Origin: an uncultured Poribacteria bacterium
GTDB lineage: Bacteria; Poribacteria; WGA-4E; WGA-3G
Direction: 5' to 3'
NCBI GenBank assembly: GCA_951813565.1
Contig: OX638351.1
Coordinates: forward strand, 4,672,001-4,736,000
DNA: 64,000 bases
This document shows, one piece after another, positions 10,296 to 20,317 of this stretch (position 1 is its first letter; each line of letters begins with the position of its first letter). Under the pieces are notes generated by a model. It saw only the letters and a list, made by a program, of their open reading frames with translations. It did no database searches and had not been told where the DNA came from. Position numbers and translations under genes: made by a program.

Positions 10296-12209
10296 CTATT
10301 CTAACGCATTTGCCACAATCACCAAGTCTTGAATATTCACAACGCCATCGCCATTGAGATCCGGTTCTGCTTCACCAAACGCGTTCGCAACAATCACCAA
10401 ATCCTGAATATTCACGACCCCATCTTCATTGACATCCGCTATAGGGTAGACATCCGCTACAGAAAATATGTCCCAAAAATATCCTGTGGCTATATTTTCC
10501 AGTTTCCTGAGTGTTAGGGTCATACCGGGGTCCAATATCCAGGGTCCACGGATACGGAGGGTTGGTAGAACATCCCATACTCGGTAAGCCTCTTCAAACG
10601 CTTGGTAGTGTTCAGGCTCTAAATCTGGGTTTGGAACAGAAGTATGTCCATAAGAGGTTGTCCAAGGCGAAAACAGAAAAGTGCTAATCGGGTGTGGCTG
10701 TTCGCCTTCATGAATATTCCAACGTAGTGCCAAATTCACGTGGGGGAAGGTGACTTCATGAAGGTGTTCGCCACCGAAAACAACTCCGGGCATCGCTGCT
10801 GCCAACTCCTGATGCAGCAGGATGTTTCCTTCTGCTGGAGTTAAGCCGTCAATGGGCGGATTGTTTACAACAAGGTGATTGATGTCCAGATGCCATGCAT
10901 CTATCGGGTAGGTTTCGTAAACCTTTTTCAGTTGCCCAACGAGATATTCTCTAAATTCTTTTGACGCTGGATTGATATAAGCCAGTCGGTATTTGGTTGT
11001 CGGATCATTCCAATTCCAGCCGAGTTTCCATCCTCGTATTGGGTCTCGAAATTGGTATTTCTCAAACGCTGGGTACAGTGGATGGTTCAGTGAACACCCG
11101 AGAAAATTCGCATGAGGCATGACCCGAAATCCATAAGCCTGTGCCGCTTCCACAAAATCACCGAATTCAGGTTTGGGAGTATATTCGGGGTAATTCTCTT
11201 CCAGGTCAGTGTCAACCTTATCAAGGTTAATACCTTGCCAAGGCAGCCAATTTATTAGATGTATCAAGGTTGTTGAAGGATTTACATGTTCTGCAAGCAG
11301 TTGTAGAGTTTCCTTATCTATACCTGGGGAATTTAGAACCAGTTCAATGTCTTTGACCCATGCGGGCGGTTGATTGGGTTGGAAAGCGTTTTCCATCCAG
11401 TCTCGGTAAATGCGTGCGGGCACTTGCCAGTCGCCTCGGTAGGCGTTCAATCGCCATGGAGCAGATGTGATCTCATGTTTATCGCGAAAGGGTGCGAGAT
11501 TGTCTGTCTGGAAACGCATATCAAAATGTTCACCACTCCGGGTATACCAGACACCTTTAAACTGATAGGTTGTATCCGTGCTGCGGACAAAGAACCCGCC
11601 ATCTTCACCCTGCAGAATGGCAAGTTGTGCCTCCCATCCCTCTGGATACGCGAAACCTCTCCTGCTAAATTCAGTGGCATTATTAATAATTTGACCGCCG
11701 TTTGCTGGCAATATGATGTTAACCTGTTGGCTATTGAGGTATCCGCATCCCCACATAACACCTACAAGCCCACCGAATGCCGAGGTCCCAGTTTGATGAA
11801 TCACCAAATCTTGGGTCTCTGAATCTATCATTATACGCATCCGCACGGCTTTATCTGTTCTATAATCAGAGTGATAAGCGATTTCTATAGCAAGCGGGGA
11901 TAACCTTTGGGTTTCTATGTCCCAATGCTCATTTAGAGTTTCTTCCCTTCCATAATGTCCCTCCTCATGTTGTATTGAGATACCACTTTGCTCATTTGAA
12001 TCGTCTTGCGGTGGGAGCGTATAAGTTTCGTTGGTGAGTTTGTTATGGAAGTGCACCAGCACCCCATGTTCAAAGCGAACCTGATAACGGTCCGTCTCCG
12101 CAAAAACTTCACCCTCTTCACTAAGCGTCAAAGTGTTCGCCAACACAGCAGCCACTAAAACGAACTGTAATATCACGATATAGGCACATTTACACAATAA
12201 CTTTCTCAT
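10296..12209 (-). CDS. Secreted DUF6259-like protein with dockerin repeats (third paralog)
   Basis: WRLNAYRGDWQVPA; DVNEDGVVNIQDLV and DLNGDGVVNIQDLV repeats. Confidence 0.7.
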   Translation of the reverse strand: MRKLLCKCAYIVILQFVLVAAVLANTLTLSEEGEVFAETDRYQVRFEHGVLVHFHNKLTNETYTLPPQDDSNEQSGISIQHEEGHYGREETLNEHWDIETQRLSPLAIEIAYHSDYRTDKAVRMRIMIDSETQDLVIHQTGTSAFGGLVGVMWGCGYLNSQQVNIILPANGGQIINNATEFSRRGFAYPEGWEAQLAILQGEDGGFFVRSTDTTYQFKGVWYTRSGEHFDMRFQTDNLAPFRDKHEITSAPWRLNAYRGDWQVPARIYRDWMENAFQPNQPPAWVKDIELVLNSPGIDKETLQLLAEHVNPSTTLIHLINWLPWQGINLDKVDTDLEENYPEYTPKPEFGDFVEAAQAYGFRVMPHANFLGCSLNHPLYPAFEKYQFRDPIRGWKLGWNWNDPTTKYRLAYINPASKEFREYLVGQLKKVYETYPIDAWHLDINHLVVNNPPIDGLTPAEGNILLHQELAAAMPGVVFGGEHLHEVTFPHVNLALRWNIHEGEQPHPISTFLFSPWTTSYGHTSVPNPDLEPEHYQAFEEAYRVWDVLPTLRIRGPWILDPGMTLTLRKLENIATGYFWDIFSVADVYPIADVNEDGVVNIQDLVIVANAFGEAEPDLNGDGVVNIQDLVIVANALE

Positions 12210-12275
12210 AAATTTATTCCTTACGCCTCTCTTAATGTTTTTCCTGAGTTTTGGGATTAGAAATAAAGGAAGGGA

Positions 12276-13103
12276 TTATTTATCTTTCGTTTGTTTGAAG
12301 ATTTCTGCTATCCGCTCAGCGAAACGGAACGCGCTATTATCCTCTGGCGCGTAGCCTATCACCTCTCGTGCATTGGTGATACTCCAGAACTTATGTGAGT
12401 TGTCGCTGATGCCGTAGAAAATCTGGAATGGGATTCCGTTTTCATCTTCTATGTTCTCTGTTTCAATGCTCTTGACAAAGAGTTGCACCTGATCGCGAAC
12501 ACTTAGATATGCGCCGAGTGCGCGGTGCATCTTCTGATAGTTATCTGCTGTGACGTCATCCATATCAGTCTCTCGCGGTGCGCCGATACGGATCTGTACA
12601 TTTTGGATCTTCTTATTTTTTCTGAAACCTGTCGCAAAAACAAAACCGAGATGCTCATAAGCCTCTTTTGCCCACCCGTAGAAGTTATCTGACAACGGAC
12701 GCATCTCTGGTGTTACGAAATCCCATTTGCCTGCCCAGATGAGCCTTTCATAATAGTCTGCTGCATGGTTAGAACTACAGACAACAACGCGCCTGACATC
12801 CATTTCAAAGCAGGTATGGTAGACGTTGTATGCCATCTGAATGTTATTGAGTTCGTTTTCAAAACCGCCACCTTGGAAAGCACAGTGGACAACTGCGTCA
12901 ACACCTTCAAAATAGTGTTTGTATAGGTCACGGTCAGGGTTGCTAACGTCAACGACTTGAATATCTTTAACCTCTTCACCTTGCCGATTTGTGGTTCTCA
13001 CGTCAAGTAGAACGAGATCGTAACGTTCCCGGAATGCAGGTAGCATCCGTCCGGCTATATAGCCTGATGCACCGGTGATTAGGACTTTTCTGCGGTTTGG
13101 CAT
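12276..13103 (-). CDS. NAD-dependent epimerase/dehydratase (uronate dehydrogenase-like extended SDR)
   Basis: VLITGASGYIA Rossmann motif; SSNHA; YGWAK (YxxxK). Confidence 0.85.
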   Translation of the reverse strand: MPNRRKVLITGASGYIAGRMLPAFRERYDLVLLDVRTTNRQGEEVKDIQVVDVSNPDRDLYKHYFEGVDAVVHCAFQGGGFENELNNIQMAYNVYHTCFEMDVRRVVVCSSNHAADYYERLIWAGKWDFVTPEMRPLSDNFYGWAKEAYEHLGFVFATGFRKNKKIQNVQIRIGAPRETDMDDVTADNYQKMHRALGAYLSVRDQVQLFVKSIETENIEDENGIPFQIFYGISDNSHKFWSITNAREVIGYAPEDNSAFRFAERIAEIFKQTKDK

Positions 13104-13145
13104 TGCTTTAGATGTTTCCTTCTGTGGAGGGATACAATAAAGTTT

Positions 13146-13913
13146 TCAGGAAGTTGGATTATGTGCTGAAATTTTCCGCTTTACTTCTTCCATTAATCTG
13201 TCCAACAAAGGATGTGATCCAGGTATCTTAAGTGCAAAGTTGTAAAGTGCGTAATCGTTAAGGCTTGCCTTTTCAAAACCGTGGGCAGGTTTGCTCAGAA
13301 AACGAACCAGTAACTGGAAAAGTTGTTTTCCTCTAAGTAAAAGTTTATAAGCGGATCTGATTTGTTGAACACGATCTGGGTCAGGAATGCGAAAGTCTTG
13401 ACGTGTACAAAAATCCGCGTCCAATTCAGTTTTGCCAGGCGGCACCATTTCATCACAATGCAGATCAAGTGTTGGAGAATTTCCTGCTAAATACTCCTCA
13501 ACTGCAAATGCAAACCATGTGCTGATAGAATCCAGAATTTGTTGATGTTCCGCTGTCTCGTTTTCATCTAACAAACGTTCCAAATCAGCATCTGAATACA
13601 AGTCGTTTTCAATACTGTATCCACTCGTCCAAATGACATCTTCGTACCCCGGCTCAATCCCTGAAAACAACCACATATCCTGATCCGCGATGAATGCAAC
13701 AGGAACTTGAGAAAATTCACCTCTGCGTTCGTAAATCTGGAGTAATTTATCCCTTCCACCAGAGGGACGTAAAATTACTTCAAAGATTCCAATTCTTTTA
13801 GTTAACTCCCGATAGATGATGACATCATCGTCTCCTTCAACAATATTAGGTTTTCGAGCGCGGCACAGAACACCAACTAAATGGTTTACTGTCATTGGGT
13901 CTGGTGTTGGCAT
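13146..13913 (-). CDS. DUF4435 / TOPRIM-like protein (AriB-like)
   Basis: IVEGDDD, FIADQD (DxD), GYSIEND motifs; abuts the ATPase gene. Confidence 0.75.
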   Translation of the reverse strand: MPTPDPMTVNHLVGVLCRARKPNIVEGDDDVIIYRELTKRIGIFEVILRPSGGRDKLLQIYERRGEFSQVPVAFIADQDMWLFSGIEPGYEDVIWTSGYSIENDLYSDADLERLLDENETAEHQQILDSISTWFAFAVEEYLAGNSPTLDLHCDEMVPPGKTELDADFCTRQDFRIPDPDRVQQIRSAYKLLLRGKQLFQLLVRFLSKPAHGFEKASLNDYALYNFALKIPGSHPLLDRLMEEVKRKISAHNPTS

Positions 13914-15119
13914 TCAAATTTTCCCCTGATAACCTTGGGTATCACCTAACATAAATTCTTTGTCAGGATACATGGTATAGATGAAAGGCGAATGGGTCGC
14001 TATGAAAAATTGATTATTTGTTGCTTGTTCAAGCAAAGTAGATAAGAGTAGTCTTTGCCAATCTACGTGTAGGCTTAATTCGGGTTCATCAATGAAAACA
14101 AGTGTGTTTTTGTTAAAGGCGTTGTAACACAAAAAACTGAGCATCTGTTTCTCACCAGAGGAGAGCTTGTCAGATGATATTGCTTCCTTTGTCAAACCAA
14201 GGGCAATTCCTTCTGTTCCTTCACTAAGGGTAATTCCTTCTATGTCTTCACTATGTGCAACATGTCCTGTGACATGGACTGCTTGATACTCTAGGATATT
14301 CCTAGTAAGATCAGATAACACAGAAAAAGGTCTAAGCAAAGTTTCACGTTCTGCAGTAACCTGATCAACCCTTTTTTGTATATCCTCTAATACTTCATGC
14401 GCCTTTTGAGATGTTTGAGTTTCAGCTATTTCCTTATTACCAAAATACTCTTTAATTTTTCGAGTAATTTCTTGAGACAACTCTACTTGAAGATCGTCTA
14501 TTTTTTTAGAAATAGGGACGAATTTCTGGGTTAACAGTGAGGCTATATCATTGGTTGAAATTGAAGCAATGAATTTGTGGTCATAGACTGACACTGCAGA
14601 CGAGAATTCTGATATTGCTTCTTGAAGTCTCCCAGATGCCCTGCGATTCCGATAATCACTTTCTGAGTCGATCCTTCTAGAAAGGTTAGAAAAACCACCT
14701 TCAATTCTCCTAAATGTTGGAAAAAATAAACTATTCTTCATAGCACTCGCTATATCAACATTAAGTTCATGTAAATTTTCTATGTAATCCCGTCTATCGG
14801 GGTACCCAGTTTCCTGATCCACAGTAACTGTAAAATTCACGTCTTTCGAGAAAGAATTCTCCTCACTGAAAAACTTTATATTGCCTGAATCAAGGCGGGT
14901 TATAGTCAGAGAGAACAAGTCTGTGACAATCGAAACAGAATCAAACGGAATTTCAGGATAAATTCGCTCAAGATTTCCACTAGTTAGGTACCAAATGAGC
15001 TTTAGCAAAGTTGTTTTACATGAACCGTTTGGCCCGGTAAAAATATTCAAGTCTTCATTGAACTCAAACTCACCATCAAGACGATTATTGAGTCCCTTAA
15101 CTTCAAGTCTTTGTATCAT
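13914..15119 (-). CDS. AAA_15/AAA_21 ABC-type ATPase (AriA-like)
   Basis: GPNGSCKTT Walker A variant, LSSGEKQ signature, FIDEPELSLH, IATHSP. Confidence 0.85.
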   Translation of the reverse strand: MIQRLEVKGLNNRLDGEFEFNEDLNIFTGPNGSCKTTLLKLIWYLTSGNLERIYPEIPFDSVSIVTDLFSLTITRLDSGNIKFFSEENSFSKDVNFTVTVDQETGYPDRRDYIENLHELNVDIASAMKNSLFFPTFRRIEGGFSNLSRRIDSESDYRNRRASGRLQEAISEFSSAVSVYDHKFIASISTNDIASLLTQKFVPISKKIDDLQVELSQEITRKIKEYFGNKEIAETQTSQKAHEVLEDIQKRVDQVTAERETLLRPFSVLSDLTRNILEYQAVHVTGHVAHSEDIEGITLSEGTEGIALGLTKEAISSDKLSSGEKQMLSFLCYNAFNKNTLVFIDEPELSLHVDWQRLLLSTLLEQATNNQFFIATHSPFIYTMYPDKEFMLGDTQGYQGKI

Positions 15120-15164
15120 CTGTTTTTACCTCACAGAGATGTCTTCAACGTAAAATCTGAATAC

Positions 15165-16844
15165 CTACGGAATCTTCAACTTCTCTTTACAGTGCCGAGT
15201 GAGCATTTTCATCTCGTCAATGACCTGCGTCTCAGTTTGCATCAGTTGGCAATAAAAAGGCGGGACAGGTTCTCTTCTAAAGAGTTTATCAAAGAAACTG
15301 CGTTGTGCTTCCGCAGGCACTTCAAAGCGCGATATTTCTGTCCGTGACGGATCTATTCCCAAGTATTCAATTGAGAGATAGTGTGCTGCGTCGTCTTTCT
15401 TAATTTTGCCTTTACGGATACTGCCGGTGATCTTCCGTCCGTAACTTACAGCATAGACTCTACCTGTCGTTTGACTTAGGACGGTATAACCGCCCTCGTC
15501 AATAGATTCATTCCAACACTCCTCAAATCCATTCTCTGGGAGACGTTCGCGAAGTTCTTGTGCAGACCGTACCACAAACCTGTTTTGATGTAAGATTTTA
15601 GTGATAGGAAATTCCTCATCCTGCTCTGTTAGTGGGAGAGGGCCTGTCAGCAGATCGACGTTATCAAGTGTCCAAACCACACCATCTCGGATACCTTTTG
15701 CCAAGTTCAGATGTTTTTCAACAAACTCTCCGTTTAGCGGATGCAGGTAGTAACCTTTGTTACCATTAAACACGGCGCGCAATTTTCGGCGATGATCAAT
15801 TACAGAGAATCGCTTTTCAGGAACAGGGACCTCTAACTGGAGGGTGTATCCTGTATCCAAATCGGTTGTAAGATTTAATTGCGACTTACGCAGTTGTGCA
15901 AGACGTGTCAACGCTGTCTGGCTTTTGGACAGAACGCGTCCAATTAGATATTCACTTCGGAGTGCGGGGATTTCCGTGGCGAGCCGTTCAAGTGTAGCAG
16001 CATCAAGTTTCTCCAACATAACCTTGTGTTCCCAACGGGTGCCGCGTTCATGTGCCAGAATTTGAAACTGCTGTTTATCGCCGCTGGTACGAATATATCC
16101 GAGTGCTGTCCACGGATCAAAGGTTGCGCGGTAGTATCCGCTTGTTTCAGCATCTCCACCTGCTAAGACACAATCTCGCCTCTCATATCGGGAATAGAGA
16201 CCGAATTGAAATTCATACGTTTCGTAGCTTTCTAAAGCCTTTCGCAAATCGCGCGCGAACTCACTTCCGCGTGAATACTTTCTGAAAATCTGTTCAGTAC
16301 GTTGTGGTTGATTGAGCGCGTCAAGGAATGATCCGATAGGGATACCCGCCTCTTCCACACCTTCGTCCTCGCTTTTACCAAAGACCTTTGTTTTGGTTTT
16401 GAAAGGCGGGTTTTTGAGCGATACATCACGTTGTGAAACGAGTTGTAAAGCGGGATCGTCTGCCATCCCCGCGAGGGTCGGGGCATCGCCAAGGATCTCT
16501 GCTAATTTCACATCGTCAATTTTTTCCATTAAAACGGTCCCGCGTTTAAGTTCCGCGAAATGGATAATATCGTTGAGACTATACTGAAGTGGTGCACTGG
16601 AAGAAAGGTTGTCGTAGTTAGAACGATGGAACCGGATACGCGGCTTAATCCGAAAGACAGGCGTGAGACCGTAATCCTTTAGCAATGCATACAAGGTCAC
16701 GGTATAGGATTCCTCGTGAACCTTCTGTGCCAGGATACCACGTTCGTTTGGCTTATTGTCAACGATTAACCGCTCTTGTACAAGACGACTATCGTTCCCA
16801 AAAATAATCATCCGATGTTCTTCTCTATTATCATCAACTAACAT
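15165..16844 (-). CDS. Hypothetical protein (559 aa)
   Basis: Long ORF with purine-rich RBS; no recognised motif. Confidence 0.7.
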   Translation of the reverse strand: MLVDDNREEHRMIIFGNDSRLVQERLIVDNKPNERGILAQKVHEESYTVTLYALLKDYGLTPVFRIKPRIRFHRSNYDNLSSSAPLQYSLNDIIHFAELKRGTVLMEKIDDVKLAEILGDAPTLAGMADDPALQLVSQRDVSLKNPPFKTKTKVFGKSEDEGVEEAGIPIGSFLDALNQPQRTEQIFRKYSRGSEFARDLRKALESYETYEFQFGLYSRYERRDCVLAGGDAETSGYYRATFDPWTALGYIRTSGDKQQFQILAHERGTRWEHKVMLEKLDAATLERLATEIPALRSEYLIGRVLSKSQTALTRLAQLRKSQLNLTTDLDTGYTLQLEVPVPEKRFSVIDHRRKLRAVFNGNKGYYLHPLNGEFVEKHLNLAKGIRDGVVWTLDNVDLLTGPLPLTEQDEEFPITKILHQNRFVVRSAQELRERLPENGFEECWNESIDEGGYTVLSQTTGRVYAVSYGRKITGSIRKGKIKKDDAAHYLSIEYLGIDPSRTEISRFEVPAEAQRSFFDKLFRREPVPPFYCQLMQTETQVIDEMKMLTRHCKEKLKIP

Positions 16845-16890
16845 GGATCCGTCCCCCTTTATTTTTAGACCTCGTATCCAAATTTGAGGT

Positions 16891-17865
16891 TCATCCCGCT
16901 TTGAGTCTCTGTCTTGCTAATGCTGCTGCGCCAAGCACACCTGCATTATCTCCCAGTTCCGCCTTCACAATCTGAACTCCTTTTAACGTATCGGGTAGTG
17001 CGTACTTCTTCGCAGCTTTGCGAATATCGTCAATGAATGTATCATCAAGTGCTTCAACAACACCGCCACCTAACACGATCATCTCTGGATTTAAGAAATT
17101 CACAATAGAACCGATACCAACGCCAAGATATTTTGTGACTTCTTTGAATACTTTCAGTGTCAATTTATCCTTGCTACGAAGTGCTTTAGCTAATGTGCCA
17201 CTACGTATTAATCCGAGATCGCCATCAGTAAGTTGGGTAAGTATACTTTTTTTACCTTTTTTCAGTATAGCTTTTTGGAATTGCTTTGCCATAGCGGTAC
17301 GACTCGCGAGTGCTTCTAAACATCCACGGGTGCCACATCCACACTTGGGTCCGTCTGCCTTGACAATGATATGTCCGATTTCACCAGCTGTCTTGCTTGC
17401 ACCGTGGAAAAGCGCACCGTTCAGAATAATGCCACCCCCAATGCCAGTGCCAACAAAAATTCCGACCAAATTCTGAACGTTTTGTCCTACTCCAAACGTG
17501 TGTTCGCCAAGCGTTCCTACATTCACGTCGTTGTCAACGAATGCAGGAATGTTGATGCGTGCTTCCAACTCAGTCTTCAGCGGCACATCCTTCCATCCGA
17601 GATTCGGAGCAAAAATAACGACTCCTGTTTCCGGGTCAAGCGGTCCGGGTGCGCCAATTCCAATTGCACTGATTGATTCTGTGTTAACATGAGATTCGTC
17701 AATCGCTTTTCGGATACAATCTGCGATTCGATCAATAACGATGGAAGTATTGCTTTTCGCGTTTGTTGGAATTTTAGCTGTACCGAGGATATTACCTGCC
17801 TCATCAACAACGGCGGCGAGAATCTTAGTGCCACCCATATCTACTCCGACAACATTCGTGTTCAT
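16891..17865 (-). CDS. ROK family sugar kinase (glucokinase-like)
   Basis: GVDMGGTK, DNDVN, GTGIGGG, GEIGH, CGCGTRGCLE. Confidence 0.92.
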   Translation of the reverse strand: MNTNVVGVDMGGTKILAAVVDEAGNILGTAKIPTNAKSNTSIVIDRIADCIRKAIDESHVNTESISAIGIGAPGPLDPETGVVIFAPNLGWKDVPLKTELEARINIPAFVDNDVNVGTLGEHTFGVGQNVQNLVGIFVGTGIGGGIILNGALFHGASKTAGEIGHIIVKADGPKCGCGTRGCLEALASRTAMAKQFQKAILKKGKKSILTQLTDGDLGLIRSGTLAKALRSKDKLTLKVFKEVTKYLGVGIGSIVNFLNPEMIVLGGGVVEALDDTFIDDIRKAAKKYALPDTLKGVQIVKAELGDNAGVLGAAALARQRLKAG

Positions 17866-17907
17866 TTTTATTTCCTTTATAGTCAGTGTCGTCTTGGTGC
17901 GAGTTTT

Positions 17908-18390
17908 CTATGACGTAATAAATGTGAGCAATTTTTGTTTAAAGTCTGTTACTGATAATTGTTCCCATTTTTCTAAAAACGCCTGATAGTCGGAATTGCG
18001 AGTTTCGCTGGTACGTTCGATAAGTACATCAACCCCTGACAATTCAGCGGGTTGAAGATTTTCTTTATAATTTGTTAGCACCTCTAAGACAACATCACTA
18101 TCGTGTATATCGCCAAGTATATCTTGCAATTCAATAATAGTTTCAAGAAAATCAGAAAAATGTTTACCGTAGTTTACAGCGAAAAACTCCATTGTATACC
18201 GGAGCCGTTTAACAGAAATTCGCATGTTGTGTAGTTCTTCACGTCGCGCGGGGTCTCTAATAAACTGCTCCCAACTATAAACCTCTTCAACCTTTTGTGG
18301 AAGTATGATACAGGCATTCTCGCGAAAACTACGTTTCGGATTGAGTCCTGTGATTTTTTGCGGTTTTGCCATTTCATTCATGTGCCTCAA
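17908..18390 (-). CDS. CHAD domain protein (C-terminal-half type)
   Basis: LHNMRISVKRLRY and LQDILGDIHDSDV motifs. Confidence 0.85.
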   Translation of the reverse strand: MRHMNEMAKPQKITGLNPKRSFRENACIILPQKVEEVYSWEQFIRDPARREELHNMRISVKRLRYTMEFFAVNYGKHFSDFLETIIELQDILGDIHDSDVVLEVLTNYKENLQPAELSGVDVLIERTSETRNSDYQAFLEKWEQLSVTDFKQKLLTFITS

Positions 18391-18847
18391 AAAACGTCAG
18401 AAATTGCATTTCAAAATCGCTTACATCAAGTTCTGTAAATAGGGCCAACATCGGTTTTCGCGCTTCTTTTCGTTTCTGTTGTAGGTGTTCAATCAATCCT
18501 TGGATATCACCCTGTCCCGCTTTCGATAAAGTCTGCAACTCGTTTTGAAAATGCCTGATGAGAACATCAAGATCACGGACCGTTCCCATTGTCCGTGTGA
18601 TAGTTCTTATCTGTTTATAGTGTTTTTTGAACGGTTCTTTTTGAAAACATTCAGCGAAGTTGTCCATTGCGGCACGCAAACGTCGTGAGGCGACACGCAT
18701 ATCATGCACGAATTCGATATCTGTGCCATCAATTGCGCCTGCTTTATGGGACATCATCTCGCGGAAATAACTCACGATAATCTGTTTTGCCCAGACTTCC
18801 AAAGTTTTATCGGGTGAGATATCATTGAACTCGATTGCTGTTGACAC
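18374..18847 (-). CDS. CHAD domain protein (N-terminal-half type)
   Basis: VHDMRVASRRLRA and MGTVRDLDV motifs. Confidence 0.85.
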   Translation of the reverse strand: MSTAIEFNDISPDKTLEVWAKQIIVSYFREMMSHKAGAIDGTDIEFVHDMRVASRRLRAAMDNFAECFQKEPFKKHYKQIRTITRTMGTVRDLDVLIRHFQNELQTLSKAGQGDIQGLIEHLQQKRKEARKPMLALFTELDVSDFEMQFLTFFEAHE

Positions 18848-18890
18848 TGTTTCACCACCTTTTTAACTATAGCCTTGAATTAAAGATTTC

Positions 18891-20278
18891 TTAAAAAAGG
18901 AATATCTTCGCTAACAAAAAGTAGGTAAAAATCCCAATGACATCAATTGCAGTTGTAACAAACGGTCCAGTTGCGACTGCAGGGTCAATACGGATACGTT
19001 TGAAAAACAACGGAATAATTGTCCCTACCGTTGCGGCAATCATCATGTTAACAAAAATAGCAAGTGCCACGACAAGCGGCAGCTTCCACGCATATTCTCG
19101 AAATTGCGGAAAGAGACTGGCAAAACCTCCAAGCAAGACGCCATAAGTTGTTCCGAGTAATGCCCCCGTGCTGAATTCACGCCATAACACCCGCCATGTA
19201 TCTTTGAGGTTAACTTCCCCAATGGCAATACTCCGCACGATAATGGTAGAGGATTGTGTTCCTATATTCCCGCCCATTCCCATGATTATCGGGATAAAAG
19301 CGGCTAAGGCCGCAATTTGCTGCAACTGCGCTTCAAAAATGCCGATGATATAAACAGCAAATAAACCGCCTCCAAAACTGGCAAGCAGCCACGGTAAACG
19401 TGCTCGAGTGTTCCTAAAGATGGAACGGGAGGTAATATCCAGATCGCCGGTACCTGCCATTTTCAGCATATCTTCGGTATTTTCTTCTCGAATAACATCA
19501 ACTACATCGTCAATTGTCACAATACCGACCAGCTGCCCGATACTATTGATAACCGGAATAGCAAGTAAATTGTAGCGAGCGACTGCACGAGCAACCGTTT
19601 CCTGCGGCATGTCGGTATGAACGGTGTATAGGTGCGATGTCATCAAGTTTTTGAGCGGTGTATCTGGCTTTGTTTGCACCAACTGCCGTAACGACAATAC
19701 TCCTTTTAGTTTGTTTTCTTCGTCAATAACATAGACATAGAAGGTGATCGGCGGCATTTCTACTTCAGTGAGTTCTCGAATCATCTCTGTTGCTTCAGCG
19801 GCAGTTGTTTCTTGAAGCAACGCTAAATAATTCGGTGACATGATAGCACCCGCTGTTTTTTCTTCATATTCAAGGAGCCGTTCAATATCCTCAGAGTTTG
19901 CTCCTTCAATGAGATTAAGCAATTCCTCCTTCTTTTCTTCGGGCAGATCCGATAGAACTTGTGTTACATCATCCGCAGGCATTGTGCGTAAGACGTTTGC
20001 TACAACTGCGGATTCTGTTTCCTCAACAAACTCGCTTATGTCCGCACTATTCAGATCACATAGGACCTCCCCATACGATTTTCTTCAATTAGAAGCGTAA
20101 AAAGACTATTTTTTGCTTCGGGACGGAGACGCGGAAACCAACGTGCGATGTCTGCTGAATGCGTTTTTGCAATGATATTCCGAAGATTTGGGAAGGCACG
20201 CCGTTGAATCAAGCGAACAACGGTAGAGATAAACAGTTCATCAACATCATGTGTTGTAATGATTGTTTGACCTTCCAT
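18891..20278 (-). pseudogene. mgtE: Magnesium transporter MgtE with a 1-bp frameshift at ~20069-20072
   Basis: CBS pair and TM motifs (GGNIGTQ, DPAVATGPFVTT). ORF 20051-20278 joins ORF 18891-19982 in frame if one G is added to the G4 run (ATGGGG-AG to ATG GGG GAG). May be a sequencing error. Confidence 0.85.
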
Positions 20279-20317
20279 ATCTGTATTCGTAATTTACCCT
20301 TTTTATTGTGCCAGTTT

